Shown here: positions 1 to 7,757 of the stretch, piece after piece
Layout: each line of letters begins with the position of its first letter
Position numbering within the stretch: position 1 is the first letter of the stretch
Source: an uncultured Chloroflexia bacterium
GTDB taxonomy: Bacteria; Chloroflexota; Dehalococcoidia; UBA2979
DNA: 64,000 bases
Assembly: GCA_963728205.1 (NCBI GenBank)
Contig: CAVSIV010000006.1
Location: 512,001 to 576,000, forward strand
Direction: 5' to 3'
Translations under genes and position numbers: made by a program
The notes under the pieces: generated by a model
The model's database searches: none
What the model saw: the letters and a program-made list of their open reading frames with translations, nothing else
Told to the model about the DNA's origin: nothing

Positions 1-2
1 TC

Positions 3-389
3 AGCGGCGGCGTGCGGGTCGCGCCCGGGCTGCTCGCCGTGCCGACGCCGGGCCACACGCCGGGGTCGTACTGCTACGTCGCGCCCGACCGCGACCTGGC
101 GTTCGTCGGCGACCTCGTGATCAGCCACGAGGACACGCTGGCCCGCCCGCTGAAGATGACGAACGACGACGACCCGCAGTACCTCGTGACGCTGGCGGCG
201 TTCGCCGAGCAGGCGCCGGCGATCGGCTGCGCCGGGCACGGGCCGCCGGTGACCGAGGACTTCGGCCCGCAGCTGCGCGCGCTGGCCGCGCTGCCGCGCC
301 GCGGCATGTTCTCGCCGTGGGGCATGCTCGACCGCGCGCGGCGCCTCGGCGTGTTCTCGCGCCGCATCCGCCGGCCGGGGGGACGGTAG
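3..389 (+). CDS. MBL-fold metallo-hydrolase (5' truncated by the window edge)
   Basis: TPGHTPGS, FVGD and C-terminal GHG motifs; frame is open to the window start. Confidence 0.8.
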   Translation, partial: SGGVRVAPGLLAVPTPGHTPGSYCYVAPDRDLAFVGDLVISHEDTLARPLKMTNDDDPQYLVTLAAFAEQAPAIGCAGHGPPVTEDFGPQLRALAALPRRGMFSPWGMLDRARRLGVFSRRIRRPGGR

Positions 390-532
390 GCGCGCGCAGC
401 AGCCGGCGCGCCTCAGCGTCGGCAGATCGGGCCGCCGACCCCGCGGCGGGCGCCCAGCCGCCTGTCGCCGGCGCGCGGCGACCGCCCGGTACACTCCCCT
501 CCTCCCACACACCCCGGATCGGAGCCCGACGC

Positions 533-1060
533 GTGCACACTCTTCGCATCTCCCACCCCGGCATCTCCGGCGCGCACACCGCCGCCACCATCCGCTTCTA
601 CACGGAGGTGCTGGGCATGGAGATCGTGCTGCGACAGCGGAACCTCGACTACGAGCCCGAGGACCACATCCTCTTCCACGTCGGCGACGACAACTTCATC
701 GCCTACTTCCTGCCGCGCGACGAGGGCGCGCGCGAATACCCGCAGGCGCAGGGTGGCTCCGGCCACATGGATCACCTGGCGATCGACGTCGACGCGGCCG
801 CGCTGGACGAGGCGGCGCAGCGGCTCGAGGCCGCGGGCGTGCCCTTCGAGCGGGCGGAGCGCGGGTACGAGCGGTCGCTCTACTTCCAGGACCCGAACGG
901 CGCGACGCTCGAGCTGCTCGCGTGGCACACACCGCCGCCGCCGGGCATGTCGCAGGCGGCGATCCTGCGCCGGGCGCAGGCGCTGCGCGAGGCGCGCGGC
1001 GCGGAGTTCGTCGAGGACGAGGACGTGCGCGCGGCGATCGTCGCGCTGCAGGGCGAGTGA
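533..1060 (+). CDS. VOC/glyoxalase family protein
   Basis: FYTEVLGM, DHLAIDV and SLYFQDPNGATLEL motifs; GTG at 533 with GGAG upstream. Confidence 0.85.
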   Translation: MHTLRISHPGISGAHTAATIRFYTEVLGMEIVLRQRNLDYEPEDHILFHVGDDNFIAYFLPRDEGAREYPQAQGGSGHMDHLAIDVDAAALDEAAQRLEAAGVPFERAERGYERSLYFQDPNGATLELLAWHTPPPPGMSQAAILRRAQALREARGAEFVEDEDVRAAIVALQGE

Positions 1061-1075
1061 GCGGGGCCCGTCGCC

Positions 1076-1487
1076 GGCGGCGGCAGATACGCCGCCGATG
1101 TGATCGCGGGCGGCTGCCCGCGTGCGGTGGCGCGGCGTCGCGGGCGCGTCGGCGGACGGTCTGCGGCGTGGGCCTGGGCGGCCCACCTCGTGTCGGCGGC
1201 GTGTCTGCCGCCGCTTGGGCCTTGCGGCCCAGGTCACGTCGGCGGCGTGTCTGCCGCCGCTTGGGCCTTGCGGCCCAGGCTCACATCGGCGGCGTGTCTG
1301 CCGCCGCTGGCGACGGGGCTCGGCGGCCTATGCCACATCGGCGGCGTGTCTGCCGCCGCTTGGGCTGGCGGCCCAGGTCACATCGGCGGCGTGTCTGCCG
1401 CCGCTTGGGCCTGGCGGCCCAGGTCGCATCGGCGGCGTGTCTGCCGCCGCTGGCGAGGGGGCTCGGCGGCGCATGCCACGTCGGCGG
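1076..1487. repeat. Cluster of REP-like family 1 hairpins (TCGGCGGCRTRTCTGCCGCCGCT): one copy followed by six inverted tandem copies
   Basis: 23-bp unit read directly, with recurring linkers in order A-A-B-A-A-B, between convergent genes. Confidence 0.9.
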
Positions 1488-1498
1488 GGCGGCACCGC

Positions 1499-2180
1499 TT
1501 ACGGGGCGAACGGCTCCCCCTCGAACGCGTCGACCCAGGTGAAGGCGGACACCGGGCGGCGCCGCAGGCGGCGCACCTCGTCGCGCGGGTGGCCGATCGC
1601 GATCAGCGCGGCGATGGCGAAGCCGTCGGGGATGCCGAGCAGCGCCTTCGCGGCGGGCTCCTCGCGGCACAGCACCGTCGTCATCACGCCGCCCAGGCCC
1701 TCGTTGCGTGCGGCGAGCAGCAGGTTCCACGCGAACGGGTAGATCGAGCCGCCGCCGACGATGCTCTGGCGGTCGAGGCCGTTGTCGGTGACGGCGAGCA
1801 CGCCGAGCTCGGCGCACAGCACGAGCATCACCGGCACGGTGTCGAGGTGATCGCCGAAGGCGTTGGGCGCGGGCGTCTTGCGCGCGGCGGCGAGGTCGAC
1901 GGCTGGGCCGGTCCACCGCCCGTGGTCGATCGGCGCGAAGGCGACCAGGCCGTCGCGCACGTGCGCCATGTACTCGCGCCAGCCCACCGTGTAGAGGTCG
2001 CGCAGCGCGCGGCGCTTCTCCGGGTCGCGCACGACGATCACCCGCCAGCCCTGGCGGTTGCCGCCGCTGGGGGCGAAGCGCGCGTGGTCGAGCATGCGGT
2101 AGAGGACGTCGTCGGGGACGGGGTCGTCGGTGAAGGCGCGCGTCGCGGGTGTCGTGCGCATCGCGGTGTAGTAGATCCAT
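1499..2180 (-). CDS. Nitroreductase family protein (probable 1-bp insertion after the start; alternative in-frame start at 2161)
   Basis: RTTPATRAF, ARFAPSGGNRQGW and LLLAARNEGLG motifs; the SD-preceded ATG at 2180 is out of frame by one base. Confidence 0.85.
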
Positions 2181-2361
2181 GAGGGCTGCTCCGTCCGTGG
2201 GGGCCCGCTCGATCCGACTGGGTCCCTCAGCCCGCCGACGCGGGGCCGTTCGCCGGCGGCGAGGGTAGCCTTCTGCCGTGGACTGCGCCGGGACGCCGCG
2301 CTAGCCTGCTGCACGGGGCCGTCGCCCCGCGGCCACGTCTCGACGAGGGAGGTAGCGCTCC

Positions 2362-2985
2362 GTGACGTTCGTGATCACCCAGCCCTGCATCGACACGATG
2401 GACCAGTCGTGCGTCGAGGTGTGCCCGGTCGACTGCATCCACTTCGACGAGGGCGCAGACCGGATGCTGTACATCGACCCGGTCGAGTGCATCGACTGCG
2501 GCGCGTGCCAGCCGGCCTGCCCCGTGAGCGCGATCTTCCCGGAGGGTGACGTGCCGGCCGCGCAGCGGCAGTTCGTCGAGATCAACGCGGGCTGGTACCA
2601 GGACAAGGCCGCCGCGCGCGCGAAGGTCGCGCCGATGGAGGCGCTCGCGCCGGCGGAGGGCGCCGCGCCGGCCGCGAGCGCGGCTCCGGCCGGGGCTCCC
2701 GCGGCGGCCGCCGCTGCGCCCGCACCCGCCGCGCCGGCCGCCGCCGCCGCCGAGCCGGCGAAGCCGCCCGCGAAGGCCGCCGCGCCGGAGCCCGCGACCG
2801 CGGGCGAGGAGGGCGGCGCCTTCAAGTACGGCGAGAACGGCGTCGAGGGGAAGTGCGCCATCTGCGGCCAGTACGTGATCAAGGGCGGCACGAAGTTCCG
2901 CTCGAAGTCCGTCCTCTGCCCCGACTGCGCCAAGAAGCGCGCGGAGATCGGCAACCCCTACCACGCGAGCGCCGGCCGCCGCTAA
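2362..2985 (+). CDS. 7Fe-type ferredoxin fused through an Ala/Pro linker to a CxxC...CxxC domain
   Basis: C-x7-C-x3-CP and CxxCxxCxxxCP motifs; C-terminal CAIC...CPDC; GGAGG SD. Confidence 0.85.
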   Translation: MTFVITQPCIDTMDQSCVEVCPVDCIHFDEGADRMLYIDPVECIDCGACQPACPVSAIFPEGDVPAAQRQFVEINAGWYQDKAAARAKVAPMEALAPAEGAAPAASAAPAGAPAAAAAAPAPAAPAAAAAEPAKPPAKAAAPEPATAGEEGGAFKYGENGVEGKCAICGQYVIKGGTKFRSKSVLCPDCAKKRAEIGNPYHASAGRR

Positions 2986-3009
2986 CCGCGGTCACGCCTC
3001 GAGCACAAC

Positions 3010-3037
3010 GACGCCGCCGGGTTCCCCCGGCGGCGTC
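3010..3037. terminator. GC hairpin between convergent genes, possible terminator
   Basis: GACGCCGCCGGG-ttcc-CCCGGCGGCGTC inverted repeat; no strong U tract. Confidence 0.5.
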
Positions 3038-3061
3038 TCTGCACTCGCCACCGCGCCCGAG

Positions 3062-3997
3062 CTACTGCCACACCTTCGCGATGATCGCCTGGTGCGCCGC
3101 GCCGAGGCTGTAGCCGTTCGCGCCGACGTTCAGCCTCCCCAGCACCGCCGTCCACGGCGTCGTCGCGTCGCCGGGGATCAGGTCGCCGAAGATCCACTCG
3201 TTGCTCGGGCAACCGTAGTTGGCGCGCTCGCCGTTCACGCCGCCCGTCGCGCCGGTGTTCACGCCGCAGACCGTCCCGTCCGCGAGCTGCACCAGCCAGG
3301 CGCTCTTCGCCGCCGTCGCCGACTGGTCCGCCGACGGCGCGTTCGCCGCCGGCAGCGAGCCGGTCAGCGTGAGCAGGAAGCCCGCGTCGCCGGTCGCCGG
3401 GTTCGCGTCACAGACGAGCGAGCCGTCCGCGAGCTGGAAGCACGGGTCGTGGATCGCGTTGCCGGTCATGCAGCGGAACGCGTCCGCACGCGCGGGCAGC
3501 GCGACCGAGCCGGCAAGGCAGGTGCCCTCCTGCGCCGTGGACGCGTCCGGCTTCGCGGGCACGTAGTGCATGACCTGCGTCCGCACGCTCGACGCCGTCG
3601 CGGCCCGGCAGCGCAGGGCGAGCGCCGTGCCGGTCGAGACATACGTCGGGAAGGCCGCGTTCACGAAGTCGGGAGCGCCCGGGATATAGACGACGTACGC
3701 GCCGCGGTTCGTCAGCGCGACCGACTGCGGCGCGCAGTCGAGCGCCGTGAGGGCCGTGACGATGTCCGACGGGCTGCCCGCGCCCTCCATCGAGACGAGC
3801 GAGACACCGTCCCGCGGCACGAACCCGGTAAAGGTGATGCCGGCCGCGGGCGTCGGCGTCGCCGTGGCGACGATCGGGGTCGCCGTGGGCGTGGGGGTCT
3901 GGGCGGAGATCGTCGCGGGCAGCAAGGCGATCAGCGCGGCGACCGCCAGCGCGGCGGCAACGCCGAGGCCACCGCGGGTGAGGCGGCGAGGGGTCAT
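3062..3997 (-). CDS. Secreted hypothetical protein (YxPGAP module plus Cys-rich C-terminal domain)
   Basis: Signal peptide ending ISA-Q, PT linker, several Cys; AGGAG SD before ATG 3997. Confidence 0.75.
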   Translation of the reverse strand: MTPRRLTRGGLGVAAALAVAALIALLPATISAQTPTPTATPIVATATPTPAAGITFTGFVPRDGVSLVSMEGAGSPSDIVTALTALDCAPQSVALTNRGAYVVYIPGAPDFVNAAFPTYVSTGTALALRCRAATASSVRTQVMHYVPAKPDASTAQEGTCLAGSVALPARADAFRCMTGNAIHDPCFQLADGSLVCDANPATGDAGFLLTLTGSLPAANAPSADQSATAAKSAWLVQLADGTVCGVNTGATGGVNGERANYGCPSNEWIFGDLIPGDATTPWTAVLGRLNVGANGYSLGAAHQAIIAKVWQ

Positions 3998-4312
3998 CAG
4001 TGCTCCTTCCGGGGCGACACGGTGGGCGCATCGAGCATAGGACGCTCGAGGAAGCACCCGCGTTCCCCGGGGAGGTCGGCGCACGCCGGTTCGAGCGGGG
4101 CCCGCTCGAGGCGCCGGAGCCCGTCGCGAGGTTCGAACCCGGGAACAAACCTCTGGCCCGCCGGGTGGCGGCGCGGGGGCGCGGGCTCCAGAGAGCGTAG
4201 AGTGAGATTGAGCACGACTCGCACGTCACCCTCGGAACCGCGCGTGGCCGGAGGCCACGGGCACCGCGGGGTGCACACCGCGATCGACGGCTCGTGATGT
4301 CTGGAGCAGCCA

Positions 4313-4663
4313 ATGCCCGTCCCGAGAAAGTCAATCACGAAGAAGATCGCGCCCACGGGCGCGGTCGCGAAGAAGATCGCGCCAACGGGCGCCGCGGCGA
4401 AGAAGATCGCGCCCACGGGCGCCGTCGCGAAGAAGATCGCGCCCACGGGCGCCGTCGCGAAGAAGGTCGCGCCCACGGGCGCCGCGGCGAAGCAGGGCGC
4501 GCCGGGGGGCCCGGCCGCGAAGAAGGCTGTCGCGCCGGCGGTCACCGGGCGCCGATCCTTCGCAACCGCGGCGGCGCCGCCCGTCGTGCACCCGGCGACG
4601 TGGCCCCCGCTGGTCACGTCACGCCATCGCACGACCGCGAAGTCGTTCGAACCTCGTACCTAG
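4313..4663 (+). CDS. Small basic protein with KKIAPTGA(V/A)A repeats, histone H1-like composition
   Basis: 30-bp repeats at 4340-4519 with synonymous variation in this frame; GGAG SD. Confidence 0.55.
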   Translation: MPVPRKSITKKIAPTGAVAKKIAPTGAAAKKIAPTGAVAKKIAPTGAVAKKVAPTGAAAKQGAPGGPAAKKAVAPAVTGRRSFATAAAPPVVHPATWPPLVTSRHRTTAKSFEPRT

Positions 4664-4847
4664 GTTCGAAAGCGGTCGACACCAGGAGACGTGCGGGCGC
4701 GCGGCACCTGCGCCCGCTGAGGCTCGCGCTCGTCGAGTCCGGTGGTTCGCCCACCACCCTCACTGCATCGTGCGCGCGACAGGTGCCCGCACCGCGCGAT
4801 GGCCCGCAGACCAACCACCGAAACGAAAGGTCCGAAAGGGGGCCGCT

Positions 4848-5054
4848 ATCGTCGCCGATACACAGACCGAGGTCCTGGATTGCGGATGCACCTGGGTGAT
4901 TGACGTTCCCCAGCTGCTCGCGCACTGCGTCACGACGTGCGACGCGCACGGGAAGGATCGGGGACGCCCGGCGTTGCTCCCCATGCCCCTTCCCGCCGAC
5001 TTCGCGTTCTCCGCGTGGGTCGACGCGAACGTGCGCCGGCGACCCACGCGTTGA
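4848..5054 (+). CDS. Small Cys/His-rich hypothetical protein (possible ATC start)
   Basis: CGC...HC...CxxH; AAGGGGG SD-like sequence just upstream of ATC. Confidence 0.35.
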   Translation: MVADTQTEVLDCGCTWVIDVPQLLAHCVTTCDAHGKDRGRPALLPMPLPADFAFSAWVDANVRRRPTR

Positions 5055-5281
5055 CGCGGAGGCGCCGGCAGGCCGATGGGGCGACCGCCTCCGCGATCAC
5101 CCCGCTGTCGGAGTCGTCGGCGTGAGAAATCGGAACGGGACGCGTGGGCGGCTCGGACCGGCGACCGGCGCTTCATCGTGCGCCGCTCGAAGCACGCTCG
5201 TGCCGGCCGAGGGGAACGCCCCGGCCGGAGGCGAGCGGCTCGCTCCGGCCGGGGCCGGGCGGCCCTCCGGCGTCGCCCAGG

Positions 5282-5632
5282 CTATTCGACGCCGGAGTCG
5301 ACCACCTGCTGGAGGACGTCGCGCGCCTGCTTCATCGGCCCGCGATGGATGCCGGCGAGCGGGTACTCGACGCCGACCACGAGGCTGAGCGCGACGTTCA
5401 CGCGGCCGAGCGCCTCGCGCCGGCCGCCGGACGCCGATGCCTCGGCGGCGTCGTTGCGCAGCGCGTCGATCAGCCGATCGCGCAGCCACGCGATGTGGCG
5501 CTCGGCGATGTCGACGTCTTCGCCCACCCGCTCGGGCGACTCGTCGAGCGCCTTCGTCAGCAGCTCGATGGCCTCGCGCGCGTGCTCGGTGAAGGTGCCG
5601 GCGCGCTCCTCGCGGTGGGCGATCACGTTCAC
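5282..5632 (-). CDS. Helical hypothetical protein, last gene of the FDH operon
   Basis: GTGA overlap with the nrfD stop; protein-like composition. Confidence 0.7.
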   Translation of the reverse strand: MNVIAHREERAGTFTEHAREAIELLTKALDESPERVGEDVDIAERHIAWLRDRLIDALRNDAAEASASGGRREALGRVNVALSLVVGVEYPLAGIHRGPMKQARDVLQQVVDSGVE

Positions 5633-6810
5633 GCGCGGGCTCCCTGGTCGTGCGCGGCGCCGTCGACGCCGTCGGGCTGCGTGATGCGGAAGTAGTCGCG
5701 CGGCTGCGCGACGGAGCCGCGCCCGCCGAAGAGGATGCCGGCGCGGTGCGCGTAGCCGCCGGCGAGCGTGGCCACGGAGGCGAGCGTCGCGAGGCGGCGG
5801 CCGCGGGTGCCGTCGGAGCGGCGCGACGCGACGAGCGACGCGAGGTGCAGCCCGCCGCCCGCGAGCATCCCCAGCCCGACGCCGCCGAGCCCGTAGCCCG
5901 CACCGGGCGCCCCGCGACGCAGCGGCCCGCCGGTGCCGGTTTCGCTCCAGCGATGCTCGGCGCCGGCGCTCAGCCCGAGCTCGGTCGCCGCCACGACGAG
6001 CGACAGCGCGCCGAGCGCCTCGTGGACGCGGCGGTCGTCGCCGCGCCCCGTGAGCCCGAGCGCTGCCGTCGCGCCCGACGCGGCGGACGCGCCGAACAGC
6101 GGCGCGAGCCAGCGGTGCGCGGTCGACCACAGCGGCACGCTCGTCGCGGCGAGCAACGTGCCGGTGTAGCAGGCCATCACGGCGCCGAGCGCCGCGGCCG
6201 GCAGCGAGCCCAGCCGCGCCAGCCGGCGCAGCGTCTGCGAGCCGAAGAGGTCGGCGCCGGCCTGCGCCACGGCCACCGCCGCGGTCGCGGTGCCGAACGC
6301 GCCGAGCACCCAGGCGCCGATCGACATCGCCGAGGTGCGGCGGAAGATGCGCATCATGTGGTGCCAGCGGCTCGGGGTCTCGAGGTCGAGGATCAGGAAG
6401 ACCGGGCACAGCGACACGCACGCCAGCGCGAGGTAGCGGGCGCGCCGCACGACGCCGCGCATCGCGCCGCCGCCGACGAGGTCCGCGACCGTGCCGAGCA
6501 CCTGGAGCGCCCCGGCCATTCCGCCGATGAAGAAGTAGGAGCTGATCAGCCAGCCCCAGCCCGGCGCCTTCAGCGCCGGGCGGTCGTAGTACGTCTCGTC
6601 CGCGTAGGCGCCGTCGCCGCCCGCGCCGTCGCGCGAGGCGCCGGGCGCGCGCTCGCGCGACCCCGGCGCCTCGCGCGACGGCGCGAGGTGGCCGCCGCCG
6701 CGCCCGTACGGCGCGCGGCGGCTGTCACGGGTCGCTGCGGGACGGGGCGAGCCGCGACGCTGGTCGCGGAAGGCACGCTGCGCGCCGGCGGCGTTCGGTT
6801 CGCGGCTCAT
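5629..6810 (-). CDS. nrfD: NrfD/PsrC-family membrane anchor
   Basis: WLISSYFFIGG, DLETPSRW and SAMSIGAW motifs; several TM segments; ATGA overlap with the beta subunit. Confidence 0.88.
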   Translation of the reverse strand: MSREPNAAGAQRAFRDQRRGSPRPAATRDSRRAPYGRGGGHLAPSREAPGSRERAPGASRDGAGGDGAYADETYYDRPALKAPGWGWLISSYFFIGGMAGALQVLGTVADLVGGGAMRGVVRRARYLALACVSLCPVFLILDLETPSRWHHMMRIFRRTSAMSIGAWVLGAFGTATAAVAVAQAGADLFGSQTLRRLARLGSLPAAALGAVMACYTGTLLAATSVPLWSTAHRWLAPLFGASAASGATAALGLTGRGDDRRVHEALGALSLVVAATELGLSAGAEHRWSETGTGGPLRRGAPGAGYGLGGVGLGMLAGGGLHLASLVASRRSDGTRGRRLATLASVATLAGGYAHRAGILFGGRGSVAQPRDYFRITQPDGVDGAAHDQGARA

Positions 6811-7757
6811 GAGCGGCCTCCCCATGTGAAGACGAGCGCGGCCGCCGCGGCGAGCCCCGCCACTGCCGCGACGCCGCGCCCGAGGCTCGGCGCCACCCGC
6901 CGCGAGGGCAGGTCGGGCGCCGAGGGCAGGTTGTAGACCTCCGGCCGGTCGAGCAGGAGGAAGAAGGCGTTGAGCGATCTGATGCCTCCAGTCGCGCCGG
7001 GCGCGCCCGGCGTGCCGTAGAGGTAGGCGCGGTCGACGCCGCGCGCGTGCAGCGCGTCGACCCTTCGCTCCGCGCGCGCCTGCAGCGTCGCCACCGGCCC
7101 GAACTGGATCGCGTTCGTCGGGCACGACTTCGCGCAGGCCGGCTCCAGGCCGCCCTTCGCGCGGTCGTAGCAGAGCGTGCACTTGTGCGCGGTGCCCGAC
7201 TGCGGCGCCGTCTCGATCACGCCGAACGGGCACGACGGCACGCAGTAGCCGCAGCCGTTGCAGATGTCCTGCTGCACCACGACCGACCCGAACTCGGTGC
7301 GGAAGAGCGCCCCGGTCGGGCACGACTGCAGGCACGCCGCCTGCTCGCAGTGCTTGCAGACGTCGCTCTGCATCAGCCACGTGCTCTGGAACGGCGGCAT
7401 CGACGTCGCGCGCTCGCCGGTCGCGAGGTCCGAGATCTCCTCGATGAACGTGACGTGCCGCCACGTGTGCGCGGAGAGCGCGCCGGTGTTGTCGTACGAC
7501 TGGCCGGTGAGGCCGATGTCGTCGGCCGGCAGGTTGTTCCACTCCTTGCAGGCCACCTCGCAGGCCTTGCAGCCGATGCAGAGGCTGGTGTCGGTGAGGA
7601 ATCCGTAGCGCTCGCCCGGCCGCACCGTCTCGCCGGCTGTGAGCTCGGCCTCGTCCGCGATCGGCCCCGAGAGCACGGAGTCGGCGTAGGCCTGCGCGCG
7701 CGCGGGGACGGGCGGCGGGTGGAGCACGCTCGTCAGCGGCAGCGTGGGTGCCGTCAT
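6807..7757 (-). CDS. fdnH: Formate dehydrogenase iron-sulfur (beta) subunit
   Basis: CIGCKACEVACKEWN, CKHC...CP, CNGCGYCVPSCP, KCTLC...CP; C-terminal TM helix. Confidence 0.92.
   Translation of the reverse strand: MTAPTLPLTSVLHPPPVPARAQAYADSVLSGPIADEAELTAGETVRPGERYGFLTDTSLCIGCKACEVACKEWNNLPADDIGLTGQSYDNTGALSAHTWRHVTFIEEISDLATGERATSMPPFQSTWLMQSDVCKHCEQAACLQSCPTGALFRTEFGSVVVQQDICNGCGYCVPSCPFGVIETAPQSGTAHKCTLCYDRAKGGLEPACAKSCPTNAIQFGPVATLQARAERRVDALHARGVDRAYLYGTPGAPGATGGIRSLNAFFLLLDRPEVYNLPSAPDLPSRRVAPSLGRGVAAVAGLAAAAALVFTWGGRS

Noticed and set aside
1193-1487. CRISPR array
   Set aside because: Spacers recur (two types only), the repeat is the dispersed REP-like unit, and there are no cas genes or leader
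1100-1542. Recurring peptides such as SAACLPPL, RRQTCRR and GGRHAAD in many ORFs
   Set aside because: Translations of the intergenic REP-like element, not a protein domain
4120-4160. tRNA fragment or att site (GGTTCGAACCC)
   Set aside because: No acceptor stem or anticodon arm, and no integrase nearby
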